Origin: Candidatus Latescibacterota bacterium
GTDB lineage: Bacteria > Latescibacterota > UBA2968
Assembly (NCBI GenBank): GCA_965204745.1
Contig: OZ242010.1
Coordinates: 4,064,001 to 4,128,000 of the forward strand
Length of the DNA stretch: 64,000 nt
Direction of reading: 5' to 3'
A program made the position numbers and the translations under genes. Shown piece after piece: positions 9,337 to 19,136 of this stretch (its first letter is position 1; the number at the start of each line of letters is the position of its first letter). The notes below the pieces were generated by a model that worked only from the letters and a program-made list of their open reading frames with translations, had not been told where the DNA came from and searched no databases.

Positions 9337-10379
9337 GCATGTTCAATGAGCTTTATGATTCGGTCCGCACCCTTGTCGTATAAATCCCGAAATCGCAGCA
9401 TGGATTCCCTGGTGATTTCGAGTACGCTTCCGCGTCGTTCAAGTTGTTCATCGGTCAAATCGAAAATAGGAGCTTTGTGCTTTTGCGAAAGGGCGATCAG
9501 GCTGTTGAAGTCTGCCATCTGAAGAAGTGGTTGGTCTATCTGAAAACCAATTTTTTTGTACACCTTCTCGGGAAGCAACATATCGCGTTCTCTTAACACG
9601 GGTATGAGCTTTTCCTCAACTCCCTTTTTAATTTGATCAATCCAATTTTGGAATGCAGCAGCGGGGATTTTGCCCCTTCCCGGCCTAAATTTCTGAAGGA
9701 TCATTCCGAGAAACTTGGGCGTCTTATCGGGAAAAGGATAAACCGCCTCTCTGAGCACTCTTATTTTTTTTGCTTCCCCTGCCCAAGCCGACCATTTGGG
9801 CAAAACAGCGGCAAGGCTGTCCGTCGCCATTGCTGAAAAGTAATCCGGCATCATGGGAACGATGAAATAATCACTCGTCATCAGCAGGTTTTGGTTGATT
9901 GGCCCCAGGCTGGGGCTCATATCCACGAGAATAAAATCGGCGTCGTACTTCTCGGCAGTTTTAGAAAAGAGATCATGGAGAGAACCTGGCAAATTTTGGA
10001 GTGTCACCAACGAGCCTGACAACTCTTGGGCAATGCCCAAGGTGACTTCGTATTCGGCGAGGCCAATGTGACCGGGCAAGAGATGCATGTTCGGTTGTCC
10101 CTTGATTGCCTCACAAATCACGGGTTTAATCAGTGCGGGTTGAGATTCAAAAGCGGGCGCGAGACCGTCGCGGATATTCCTCACATCTTTTGATTTCATC
10201 GATGCAAAATCCCAAGCATCCTTGAATCCGAGAACCATGCCCGTGAGATTGCACTGCGGGTCGCAGTCGGCGAGGATCACCTTTTTCCCTTTGTTCGCCA
10301 ACATCCAACCGAGGTTGAAGGCAGTCGTTGTCTTGCTCACGCCGCCCTTGTGATTGAAGAGTGCAATTTGTTTTGCCAT
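9333..10379 (-). CDS. ParA/Soj-family (SIMIBI) ATPase
   Basis: Deviant Walker A FNHKGGVSKTT, DCDPQCNLT, VDMSPSLG; start MAKQ at 10379 after GGAGG; no parB nearby. Confidence 0.85.
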   Translation of the reverse strand: MAKQIALFNHKGGVSKTTTAFNLGWMLANKGKKVILADCDPQCNLTGMVLGFKDAWDFASMKSKDVRNIRDGLAPAFESQPALIKPVICEAIKGQPNMHLLPGHIGLAEYEVTLGIAQELSGSLVTLQNLPGSLHDLFSKTAEKYDADFILVDMSPSLGPINQNLLMTSDYFIVPMMPDYFSAMATDSLAAVLPKWSAWAGEAKKIRVLREAVYPFPDKTPKFLGMILQKFRPGRGKIPAAAFQNWIDQIKKGVEEKLIPVLRERDMLLPEKVYKKIGFQIDQPLLQMADFNSLIALSQKHKAPIFDLTDEQLERRGSVLEITRESMLRFRDLYDKGADRIIKLIEHA

Positions 10380-10433
10380 GTGATGCCCTCCGTTGTGCTT
10401 TCGGGTTATCTGCATTCATTGAAGGATTTATTC

Positions 10434-11903
10434 CTACCCCACACTGCCTTCGAGGCTGATGCCGAGGAGTTTTTGGGCTTCGACTGCAAATTCCATGGGC
10501 AGTTCTGCCAAAACTTCCTTGCAGAACCCATTGACGATCAGGGAAACCGCGTCTTCTGTGGAGATGCCGCGTTGGTTGCAGTAGAAAATTTGATCCTCGC
10601 CAATTTTGGACGTGGTGGCCTCGTGCTCGACCTGCGCGGAGGGGTTGCGGACGTCGATATAGGGAAAGGTGTGCGCGCCGCACTGATCGCCGATGAGCAT
10701 GGAATCGCACTGGGTAAAATTTCTGGCGTCATACGCGCCCTTGAGCACTTGCACGGCACCGCGATAGGTGTTTTGCCCGCGCAGGGCGGAGATGCCTTTG
10801 GAGATGATGGTACTGCGCGTGTTTTTGCCGATGTGGATCATTTTGGTGCCGGTGTCGGCCTGCTGCTTGAGGGAGGTGACGGCGACCGAGTAAAATTCGC
10901 CCACCGAGTTGTCGCCTTGCAAAATGCAACTCGGATATTTCCACGTAATGGCCGAGCCGGTCTCTACTTGCGTCCACGAGATTTTGGCATTGACGCCCCG
11001 ACACGCACCGCGTTTGGTGACGAAGTTGTAGATGCCGCCCTTGCCGTTGATGTCGCCGGGATACCAGTTTTGCACGGTGGAGTACTTGATCTGTGCATCG
11101 TCCAATGCGACGAGCTCGACCACCGCGGCGTGAAGCTGATTCTCGTCCCGCATCGGTGCTGTGCAACCTTCCAAATACGACACATAAGCCCCCTCATCGG
11201 CGATGACGAGGGTGCGTTCAAACTGGCCTGTGTTGGCCGCGTTGATGCGGAAATACGTGGATAACTCCATCGGGCAGCGCACGCCCTTGGGAATATAGCA
11301 GAACGACCCATCGCTGAAGACCGCCGAGTTGAGGGCAGCAAAATAATTGTCGGTATGCGGCACGACCGAACCGAGATACTTTCTCACCAGATCGGGATGC
11401 TCTTGCACGGCTTCGGAAAACGAGCAGAAGATCACCCCCGCCTCGGCCAGGGTTTCCTTGAAGGTCGTCGCCACGGAAACGCTGTCAAAAACCGCATCGA
11501 CAGCCACGCCGGCCAACATTTTTTGTTCTTCGAGGGGAATGCCGAGTTTTTCGTAGGTCGCCAAAAGTTCGGGATCGACCTCGTCCAAACTCTCCGGGCC
11601 ATCGCCCGCATTCTTGGGCGCAGCGTAGTACACGATGCGCTGATAGTCGATATCCGGATACGTCACCATCGCCCACTGCTCGGTCTTTTTGCGCTTGAGC
11701 GGGTCGGTCATGGTCAGCCAGTGGCGATAGGCTTTCAAGCGCCATGCGAGCAACCAATCGGGCTCGTTCTTTTTCGCGGAGATAAATTGAATGATGTCTT
11801 CATTCAGGCCTGGGGGAGCGGATTCCTGCTCGATATCCGTCACCCAGCCAAATTTGTAATCGCTCGTCGCCAGCGTTTCGAGCTCTTGGGTTTGGGAACT
11901 CAT
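10434..11903 (-). CDS. sufB: Fe-S cluster assembly protein SufB
   Basis: [39 protein letters not shown]; RBS AAGGAG. Confidence 0.97.
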   Translation of the reverse strand: MSSQTQELETLATSDYKFGWVTDIEQESAPPGLNEDIIQFISAKKNEPDWLLAWRLKAYRHWLTMTDPLKRKKTEQWAMVTYPDIDYQRIVYYAAPKNAGDGPESLDEVDPELLATYEKLGIPLEEQKMLAGVAVDAVFDSVSVATTFKETLAEAGVIFCSFSEAVQEHPDLVRKYLGSVVPHTDNYFAALNSAVFSDGSFCYIPKGVRCPMELSTYFRINAANTGQFERTLVIADEGAYVSYLEGCTAPMRDENQLHAAVVELVALDDAQIKYSTVQNWYPGDINGKGGIYNFVTKRGACRGVNAKISWTQVETGSAITWKYPSCILQGDNSVGEFYSVAVTSLKQQADTGTKMIHIGKNTRSTIISKGISALRGQNTYRGAVQVLKGAYDARNFTQCDSMLIGDQCGAHTFPYIDVRNPSAQVEHEATTSKIGEDQIFYCNQRGISTEDAVSLIVNGFCKEVLAELPMEFAVEAQKLLGISLEGSVG

Positions 11904-11947
11904 GGAAAAACTCCTTTTGAGAGGGTCAACACCACCGCAAACTTACC

Positions 11948-12265
11948 TTAAGCATACAAAAATGTCAAGATTAAATCCAAAAAAATAGGGAGACAATCGG
12001 CTAATACATCTTCTCCGCAATAGCGACACTTAATCGCTTCTGCTTTTATCAGTTCAGCACAGTACGGGCACTTTTTCATCTCGCCGCGTTTAAGGGCTTC
12101 TTTCTCGACTACGGCCTGATTTTTAGGAACGACCAACGCCAGAATAAAACCAAATGGACCGAGCAAAGTTCCAAGTGCAAACCAACCACAACCGCTTCGT
12201 CCTTTTGTCGTGGCAACCACCGCGCTGACAACACCAAACAGAAACCAAATAAAAAGAAATTCCAT
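11948..12265 (-). CDS. Small membrane protein with zinc ribbon
   Basis: Two hydrophobic segments, then CPYCAE...CRYCG; start MEFLFIW at 12265. Confidence 0.65.
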   Translation of the reverse strand: MEFLFIWFLFGVVSAVVATTKGRSGCGWFALGTLLGPFGFILALVVPKNQAVVEKEALKRGEMKKCPYCAELIKAEAIKCRYCGEDVLADCLPIFLDLILTFLYA

Positions 12266-12293
12266 TGATGTTCCCTTCGTCGGATAGACAAAT

Positions 12294-12992
12294 TCAGTTC
12301 GCCCCAAGCATTTTGATTCCGAGGGCAAACAGACCGACCATGAGGCCGCCCAAGCTGAGCATGAGGCCGAATATCCATTTCAGCAGATCGGATTTGATGG
12401 CCTCAATTTTGGCTTCGGTGGACAAGCGCAGAGCCTCGATGTCGGCCTTGGTCTCCAACTGTTGGGCCTCAATTTTGGACTCGGTGGACAAACGCAGAGC
12501 CTCAATGTCGGCCTTAGTCTCCAACTGCTGTGCCTCGATTTTGGCTTCGGTGGACAAGCGCAGAGCCTCGATATCGGCTTTGATAGCCTCGATGTCGGCC
12601 TTGGTCTCCAACTGCTGGGTCTCGATTTTGGCTTCGGTGGACAAGCGCAGAGCCTCAATTTTGGCCTCGGTGGACAAACGCAGGGCCTCGATGTCGGCCT
12701 TGACAGCCTCGATGTCGGTTTTGGTTGACAAACGCAGGGCCTCGATGTCGGCCTTGACAGCCTCGATGTCGGTTTTGGTTGACAAACGCAGGGCCTCGAT
12801 GTCGGCCTTGGTCGCCAAGTACATGCCCTCGATATCGGCCTTGACAGCCTCGATGTCGGCTTTGGTCGCCAAGTTGCTGTTGAGCAAATTGACCTGCTCG
12901 TTGGCCAGGGCCTCCGCCTGTTGTTCGGTAAAGCCGTTTGCCGTCAGGTGCTTGACGAATTGATGCGTGTCAAAGGCGATGGCTTCGCTCAT
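12294..12992 (-). CDS. DUF1640/CCDC90-like coiled-coil membrane protein, copy 1 (232 aa)
   Basis: [20 protein letters not shown] head, ATKADI beta-layer motif, 7/11-aa repeats, C-terminal TM (LKWIFGL); RBS GAGGAG. Confidence 0.8.
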   Translation of the reverse strand: MSEAIAFDTHQFVKHLTANGFTEQQAEALANEQVNLLNSNLATKADIEAVKADIEGMYLATKADIEALRLSTKTDIEAVKADIEALRLSTKTDIEAVKADIEALRLSTEAKIEALRLSTEAKIETQQLETKADIEAIKADIEALRLSTEAKIEAQQLETKADIEALRLSTESKIEAQQLETKADIEALRLSTEAKIEAIKSDLLKWIFGLMLSLGGLMVGLFALGIKMLGAN

Positions 12993-13105
12993 GCTGTTCT
13001 CCTCGTCTGAAGTCCGCGTTGGCGGCTGTGCCTGTGCATCTACGCAGTTGTGCCCCATCCGTCTATTTGCACTTTTTGTCGTGTATTTTGATAGGGCAGA
13101 CAAAT

Positions 13106-13726
13106 TCAGTTCGCCCCGAGCATTTTGATTCCGAGGGCAAACAGACCGACCATGAGGCCGCCCAAGCTGAGCACGAGGCCGAATATCCATTTCAACAGAT
13201 CGGATTTGATGGCCTCGATTTTGGCTTCAGTGGACAAGCGCAGAGCCTCGATGTCGGCCTTGGTCTCCAACTGTTGGGCCTCGATTTTGGCTTCGGTGGA
13301 CAAGCGCAGAGCCTCGATATCGGCTTTGATAGCCTCAATTTTGGACTCGGTTTCCAACTGCTGGGTCTCAAGATCAGCTTTAGTCGCCAAACGCAGGGCC
13401 TCAATTTTGGACTCGGTGGACAAGCGCAGAGCCTCGATGTCGGCTTTAACAGTCTCGATGTCGGCCTTGGTGGACAATTGCAGAGCCTCAATTTTGGCTT
13501 CAGTGGACAAGCGCAGGGCCTCGATATCGGCCTTGACAGCCGCGATGTCGGCCTTGACAGCCGCGATGTCGGCCTTGATAGCCGCGATGTCGGTTTTGGT
13601 CGCCAAGTTGCTGTTGAGCAAATTGACCTGCTCGTTGGCCAGGGCCTCGGCCTGTTGTTCGGTAAAGCCGTTTGCCGTCAGGTGCTTGACGAATTGATGC
13701 GTGTCAAAGGCGATGGCTTCGCTCAT
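13106..13726 (-). CDS. DUF1640/CCDC90-like coiled-coil membrane protein, copy 2 (206 aa)
   Basis: Head and TM nearly identical to copy 1, different repeat array. Confidence 0.8.
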   Translation of the reverse strand: MSEAIAFDTHQFVKHLTANGFTEQQAEALANEQVNLLNSNLATKTDIAAIKADIAAVKADIAAVKADIEALRLSTEAKIEALQLSTKADIETVKADIEALRLSTESKIEALRLATKADLETQQLETESKIEAIKADIEALRLSTEAKIEAQQLETKADIEALRLSTEAKIEAIKSDLLKWIFGLVLSLGGLMVGLFALGIKMLGAN

Positions 13727-13777
13727 GCTGTTCTCCTCGTCTGAAGTTCGCGTCGCAGTCTATACTCCCCGTGCAAC

Positions 13778-14200
13778 TCATCCCCATGCCTTGCCGCTCG
13801 CACGCCTGCGTCGCTTGCTGCCGGGCAGGTCCTTTTTGGCAACGGCAAACCCGAGCAATCCCTTTTGCCCGAGCTTTTTGAGATAGGCGAGCAACGAGAT
13901 TTCGGCTTCTTTCAGATTGAGTTGGTGGGTTTTGCTCAGGCGTTTGATGATGGCTTCGACAGTTGTTCGCCCGTCGCACATGTCCCAGACCTGCGCGCCA
14001 ATTTCGTCGAGCACCAGGGTTTTGGTTTTGGGAATCCAGAAAATTTTGGACAGGGTCCGCACCTTCCACGAATCCCCGCGCGTGAGGGTGACGTGGATTT
14101 CGCCATCGTCATTTTTCTCCCACTCGACCTGATCGTTGCGAACGGGCTTGGATTTGAACATGGCCTCGCGGCCAATTTTGGGTTGTTTCTTTAAGAACAT
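13778..14200 (-). CDS. PqqD-family (RRE-like) protein
   Basis: LDEIGAQVWDMCDGRTTVEAII...YLKKLGQKGLL; probable start MFLKK at 14200. Confidence 0.75.
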   Translation of the reverse strand: MFLKKQPKIGREAMFKSKPVRNDQVEWEKNDDGEIHVTLTRGDSWKVRTLSKIFWIPKTKTLVLDEIGAQVWDMCDGRTTVEAIIKRLSKTHQLNLKEAEISLLAYLKKLGQKGLLGFAVAKKDLPGSKRRRRASGKAWG

Positions 14201-14219
14201 ATCAGAGCTCCACAGTTTT

Positions 14220-15170
14220 TTACGTCCCGTCGGAAATCGCCACGACATCTTCGCAACAGGCGTCCAAATCGGGCGCGTCTTCGGGATTTTTCCAAAACGT
14301 CTGCACAGCGAAAATTTTATTCGCCTCCAAATCCGTCCAAACCCGGCCGGATAAATTTTGCCGGGCGCGTGCGTTCCAAAAGGGCAAGGGCTGAAGCAGG
14401 CCCTGCCAGCGGCTTTTGGGACGACCATCGACCGAGAGCACGGCGTCGGGGCCGCGGGTTTGGAGGTCGGTTTCAAGGTGGAGGTTGCGGAGGCTTTTGG
14501 TAAAGAACGCCACGTACCACTCATCGAGATTTTTGTCGTTGAGAATCGTGCGCGCCAAGCTGAGGCGGTCGATGTTGAGCAGGGTGTTTTCCCTTTCAAA
14601 TTTTAGGCAGATATGCCCGGATTTGAGTTCAAAATTTTCGAGTTCGTACCCGGGCGGAGATTGGCAGATCAAGTCGTAGAGTGCCCAGGTATGGGGTTCG
14701 TCGGGCGCGGTGTCTCGCAGGGAGTTGAGCACGCGGGGCAGAACAGGGGCGAGGTTTTCATCCGTGCGTCCCATGATGCGAATAAAAATGAGGCGGTCCG
14801 AAATGGGGCTGTACGTCGCCAGGGTGTGGACGGTATAACGCGATTCCCACAAAAAATACTGCGTGTTTTGCATGCCGGGAAGGTCGAGGTCTATCGCTTT
14901 GGGGCTTCGTTCAACGCGCAGGCGGCTCTTTTGTTTTTTGGCATTCTTTGCCAACCCTTCGATGTAGCGGTCCACAATTCGCGCCACGCGGTCATCCCCC
15001 CGCGCTTCTTTCCACTCGAGTTCGAGGCGCGCAATTTGCGAATCGTCCAAACGCACTTCGCCCGCGTTGGCCTCGCCCGATATTTTGCCCGGATTCCATT
15101 CCGAGGGAATCGCCAAGCCAATGCCCTGCCAGGCAAAGGGTACGTACGTGTCAAACGCGAGATTTTTCAT
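14220..15170 (-). CDS. Hypothetical protein
   Basis: 316-aa ORF co-oriented with and 19 bp upstream of the PqqD-like gene; no family recognised. Confidence 0.65.
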   Translation of the reverse strand: MKNLAFDTYVPFAWQGIGLAIPSEWNPGKISGEANAGEVRLDDSQIARLELEWKEARGDDRVARIVDRYIEGLAKNAKKQKSRLRVERSPKAIDLDLPGMQNTQYFLWESRYTVHTLATYSPISDRLIFIRIMGRTDENLAPVLPRVLNSLRDTAPDEPHTWALYDLICQSPPGYELENFELKSGHICLKFERENTLLNIDRLSLARTILNDKNLDEWYVAFFTKSLRNLHLETDLQTRGPDAVLSVDGRPKSRWQGLLQPLPFWNARARQNLSGRVWTDLEANKIFAVQTFWKNPEDAPDLDACCEDVVAISDGT

Positions 15171-15336
15171 GGTGATCTTCCGAATTGGGCGGGATCGTCT
15201 AGTCGCTTGCTCACGACCATAAAATACAGGGGGGGATTTGCGGTGTCAAGCAGAGGATAGGGCAGTGTTGGCAGGGACAAAACAAGGGCAATGTCCCCAA
15301 TTTGGGTGGGAACGGAAAATCTTTTGAGATAAAACC

Positions 15337-15365
15337 TTGACGTATGCACTAATGTTCACTATATT
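15337..15365 (+). promoter_or_regulatory. Sigma70 promoter of lexA with candidate LexA box
   Basis: TTGACG-17 bp-TATATT; imperfect palindrome TGCAC-N4-GTTCA (15345-15358) in the spacer. Confidence 0.6.
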
Positions 15366-15413
15366 CAAATGTGCAAGAAAACAGGTCTTTCACCCGCAAC
15401 GAGGAGGTGTGTT

Positions 15414-16037
15414 ATGCGGAAACAACTCACTGCGCGCCAGCGAGAGATATACGATTTCATCGCGCAGGTGATCCGCAACAATGGCTACCCGCCCACGATC
15501 CGAGAAATCATGGTGGCATTTGGCATCGCATCGACCAATGGCGTGCGAACCACCCTGACCGCTTTGGAAAAAAAGGGGTATATTCGGCGGACCGCCATGT
15601 TGTCGCGCAGCATCGAATTGACCGATTACCAAGATGCGTCTCTTTCCGGCGACGTGCGCGACGTGCCCGTTATCGGTCGCGTGGCTGCTGGCGAACCCAT
15701 TCTCGCGACGGAAAACATCGAGCGCACGCTCGCGGTCGATTCCGGTTTTGTGCCGCGCGGCAATGTTTTTGCCCTCAAAGTCGAGGGCGATAGCATGCGC
15801 GACGCCGGGATTTTCGATGGCGATTTCGTGCTCGCACGGCAACAAGAATCCGCGCACCAAGGCGAGATCGTGGTGGCTGTGATCGGCGAAGAAGCCACGG
15901 TCAAACGCTACTATCGAGAAGGGGCACACGTCAAGTTGATGCCGGAAAATGACGCCTATCAGCCCATTGTGCTCGGCAAAAACCACGAGTCGTTCCGAAT
16001 CGCCGGCAAAATTGTGGGCCTGATGCGGTCATTTTAG
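15414..16037 (+). CDS. lexA: SOS repressor LexA
   Basis: LTARQREIY, YPPTIREI, VAAGEP cleavage site, GDSM Ser, ATVKR Lys; RBS GAGGAGG. Confidence 0.95.
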   Translation: MRKQLTARQREIYDFIAQVIRNNGYPPTIREIMVAFGIASTNGVRTTLTALEKKGYIRRTAMLSRSIELTDYQDASLSGDVRDVPVIGRVAAGEPILATENIERTLAVDSGFVPRGNVFALKVEGDSMRDAGIFDGDFVLARQQESAHQGEIVVAVIGEEATVKRYYREGAHVKLMPENDAYQPIVLGKNHESFRIAGKIVGLMRSF

Positions 16038-16046
16038 CACCTATCC

Positions 16047-17162
16047 CTATCCGAATTTGCGCTTAAAAAGCATGCCCGGCAGTTGCTCGACATGACTTTG
16101 TATTTCGAGTTCCAACAGGATGTTGAGGGCTTCGCCAGAAGAGAATCCCGCGTCCCGTGCGAGCGCGTCAATATGCACTGGGGCGTCTGCGAGGGCGTCC
16201 CATACGCGCTGTTTTCGGTCCGAGAGAACGGGATCGGTTTGGCCGGTAGCTGGGGCATGGAGTTCGATCTCGGTCAAAATATCCTGCGCCATTTGCACGA
16301 GAATGGCGCCTTGGCGGAGCAGGCCATTTGTGCCCCGGCTTTTGCCCGAATAAATCGGCCCGGGGACCGCAAACACATCGCGGTTTTGGTCAAGGGCAAA
16401 TTGGGCGGTGATCAGCGCGCCGCTTTTGCTACCGGCCTCAACGACGACCGTGCCCAAGCTCAAGCCGCTGATGATGCGGTTGCGCCGGGGAAAGTTGTGC
16501 GGCTCTGGGGCCGTGCCCAGGGGAAATTCGGATAACGCGACGCCGCGTTCGCAAATCTGGTCAAACAGGCCGCGATTTTCTGGGGGATAGGGGCAATCCA
16601 AGCTGTTGCCGAGCACGGCTGCGGTCGCGCCGTGTTCGAGCGCGCCTCGGTGGGCATGGGCGTCGATGCCAACGGCCATGCCGCTGACGACTGTCACCCC
16701 TGCCTTGCCCAAATCACTGCCCAAGCGATGCGCGGTTTCTCGACCATAAGCCGTAAAAGAACGCGATCCCACGATGCTGATCGTGGGCTGTTGGCACGAC
16801 CGGAGGTCGCCTTTGACAAATAGCAGGGGCGGCGGTGCGTAGATTTGGGAGAGAATGGTGGGATAGAGTGGGTCGGAAAGCGTGCAAATTTGAATGTCCA
16901 AGTCCTGTGCCCGCGCAACTTGATCGCGCGCCCATGCCCAGTCCCGGTTGCAACATATAGACTGCGCCGTGCTCGGGCCAATGCCGGGCACACCGCACAG
17001 TGCTCGGGGCGATTGCGAGAGGATATTCTCGGGCGTTTCAAAGTGCTCGAGAAGGGTATAGTACGCAGCAGGCCCCAGGCCCGGCACCGCGTAGAGCACC
17101 AACCAAGATAGGGCATAATCGCACATAATGCCTCGTTTGGAGTAGGCGTTTTTGAAGTCCAC
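16047..17162 (-). CDS. dprA: DNA-processing protein DprA
   Basis: SIVGSR, VSGMAVGIDAHAH, FPRRNRIISGLS, SGALITA; start may be 17129. Confidence 0.93.
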   Translation of the reverse strand: MDFKNAYSKRGIMCDYALSWLVLYAVPGLGPAAYYTLLEHFETPENILSQSPRALCGVPGIGPSTAQSICCNRDWAWARDQVARAQDLDIQICTLSDPLYPTILSQIYAPPPLLFVKGDLRSCQQPTISIVGSRSFTAYGRETAHRLGSDLGKAGVTVVSGMAVGIDAHAHRGALEHGATAAVLGNSLDCPYPPENRGLFDQICERGVALSEFPLGTAPEPHNFPRRNRIISGLSLGTVVVEAGSKSGALITAQFALDQNRDVFAVPGPIYSGKSRGTNGLLRQGAILVQMAQDILTEIELHAPATGQTDPVLSDRKQRVWDALADAPVHIDALARDAGFSSGEALNILLELEIQSHVEQLPGMLFKRKFG

Positions 17163-17182
17163 AATGCAAGGATTATGCCAAA

Positions 17183-17212
17183 AAAAAGAGCCTATATTTA
17201 TAGGCTCTTTTT
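17183..17212. terminator. Bidirectional intrinsic terminator
   Basis: AAAAAGAGCCTAT-attt-ATAGGCTCTTTTT hairpin with A/T tails. Confidence 0.7.
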
Positions 17213-17299
17213 GATTTTCAGGTGAATTTTTTGTTCAAATAGCTACCGATAGCGCGAAATATTTGACCGAGATTTAGACTTCGATGCGTTTTGGATGTG

Positions 17300-17518
17300 T
17301 TATGTCTCGCTTTTTTCCCATGCTTCCTCATCCACAGAAAACCATTCCTCAACCGTGTGGCGGTCTCGATCTGCGCGACGAATCGCCCCTTCTTTCAATC
17401 GCACGCGGAGATTGTTGCGTTGCTCGGGGCAAGGGACCTCAACATCTAGCATCCCGTTCCATTCCCCCTTCTGCCCGCGTTCAATCGTCCTCTTATCACA
17501 ATACCTGTGTTTACGCAT
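17300..17518 (-). CDS. Small protein resembling the C-terminus of CopG/RHH-type antitoxins
   Basis: 72 aa ending LRVRLKEGAIRRADRD..VEEWFSVDEEAW; upstream TTGCCA-17-TATTCT and GAGG. Confidence 0.45.
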   Translation of the reverse strand: MRKHRYCDKRTIERGQKGEWNGMLDVEVPCPEQRNNLRVRLKEGAIRRADRDRHTVEEWFSVDEEAWEKSET

Positions 17519-17628
17519 CGTTCCAAACCTCGTTTTGTTTGCTGTCCCGTTTTCAAACTGCTCGCGGATCGTCGTTAGAATACGGCATTGGGAAAGCATT
17601 GGCAAGGTCAAAGTTGTTGCTCCGCCTC

Positions 17629-19110
17629 TCACGGAGTACTCGAATACCCCGGAATGTGGTAGTGGGGAATGGCCCAGCCCGCGTCTTGGATCAGCAGGTT
17701 CGCGTCCGCGCTTTGGGGTTCGGCAATGCGGTCGAAGGCTTTCCAGTTGTCGCCATCTAAGGGTTCGGCATAGCCCTCGTCCCGAAAGAAGGCGATCAGG
17801 TTTTCGCGCATGGTTTTCACCTCGGAAGCGTAGAGCACATTGTACGCACAGTTGCGCGTTTCCTCGGCATCCACGCGGTGATCGAGCAGGTATTCCTTTT
17901 GATCGCCCGCGGAGTAAATGTATTTCAACGCGCCGTTGTACGCCATGTACACGCCGCGTTGCCCGCGCTGAATCTGCCCGTAAATCATTCGGTCGTTCCG
18001 GTTGTGGACCAACTCGGCCAGATCCACACCGTCCAAAGCCACATCGCGGGGAGAAACGCCCGCAGCGGCCAAAAAGGTCGGCATCAGATCCATCAACCCG
18101 CAGGGCGTTTCTTCAACTACGCCACGCGGGAACCGGTCCGGATAACGCGCCACCATGGGCACGCGGGCCGCCGCGTCGAGAAAACTGCGCTTGCCAAAAC
18201 AGTTGTAATCCCCGAGCAACTCGCCGTGATCAGATGACCAGACGATCAAGGTCTGATCCAATTCCCCTTGCTGTTCGAGCGCGTGGATGATCCGCCCCAC
18301 GCTGTAGTCGATAAACGACACGCACGCCCAGTAATACCCGCGCATCACCTGCAACATGCGATCATCCAACCCCGCATCGCGGTACTTGTAGCGGTTCTGA
18401 TGCCGGTTGAGGTGCGTCCACAGGTCTTCCATGTCGTCCGGGCGTTTGGGCAAGGGCATCAGCGCGCCGCGGTAGAGTTTGTTCCAAGGCGTCGGCGGGG
18501 AAAACGGCGGGTGCGGGTGGATGAAACTCGACCACAGGAAAAACGGCTTGGACACATCGCGGGTTTGCAAAAAGTCGATGCTGCGGTCCGCCACCCAAGC
18601 GGTGGGATGCAGGCGTGCGGGCAGTTGGGAAATTTGCGGGATATAATACATTTCGCCGCGCGCGCCCATCACGTCGTGGACGTGCCCAAAGCCCTGCGCG
18701 TGGACGAATTGGAGATAATCGTCCGCATCGACCGACCCGCAGAGTTCCTCCTGCACGTCGCGCGTGTGAAACCCCCGCAATCCCCTGCGATCACCCGTAA
18801 AGTGCATCTTGCCCACGCCGTGACAGCAATACCCCGCCCGTGCGAGGCAGTCCATCAGAGAGGGCCGGTCCGTCGGTTGCGGAAATCCGTTGTCAAAACA
18901 GCCGTTGTTGTGCGGGTACTGCCCGGTGATGATCGCTGCGCGTGCAGACACGCAAACCGGCGACGGCGTGTATCCCCGTGAAAAATTCACGCCCTCGCGG
19001 CAAAGCCTGTCCATGACCGGCGTGCGAATGTGTGGATTATTAGCCGCGTGGATGGTGTCCCAACGTTGCTGGTCCGTCAACACGAACAAAATATTGGGTT
19101 GGTTCGGCAT
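17629..19110 (-). CDS. Sulfatase (choline-sulfatase-like)
   Basis: PNILFVLTDQQR, CVSAR formylglycine motif, GKMH, SDHG. Confidence 0.92.
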   Translation of the reverse strand: MPNQPNILFVLTDQQRWDTIHAANNPHIRTPVMDRLCREGVNFSRGYTPSPVCVSARAAIITGQYPHNNGCFDNGFPQPTDRPSLMDCLARAGYCCHGVGKMHFTGDRRGLRGFHTRDVQEELCGSVDADDYLQFVHAQGFGHVHDVMGARGEMYYIPQISQLPARLHPTAWVADRSIDFLQTRDVSKPFFLWSSFIHPHPPFSPPTPWNKLYRGALMPLPKRPDDMEDLWTHLNRHQNRYKYRDAGLDDRMLQVMRGYYWACVSFIDYSVGRIIHALEQQGELDQTLIVWSSDHGELLGDYNCFGKRSFLDAAARVPMVARYPDRFPRGVVEETPCGLMDLMPTFLAAAGVSPRDVALDGVDLAELVHNRNDRMIYGQIQRGQRGVYMAYNGALKYIYSAGDQKEYLLDHRVDAEETRNCAYNVLYASEVKTMRENLIAFFRDEGYAEPLDGDNWKAFDRIAEPQSADANLLIQDAGWAIPHYHIPGYSSTP

Positions 19111-19136
19111 GGTTCACTCCTCAAAAAATTGCGATT

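Noticed and set aside
9333-10379. Chromosome or plasmid partition system
   Set aside because: No parB or parS-like site; the partner is a HEPN protein
12294-13753. Possible CRISPR array in the repeated DNA
   Set aside because: Repeats are in-frame coding units of 21/33 bp with no unique spacers; no cas genes
13778-15170. PQQ or RiPP biosynthetic cluster
   Set aside because: No precursor peptide, PqqB/C/E or modifying enzymes adjacent
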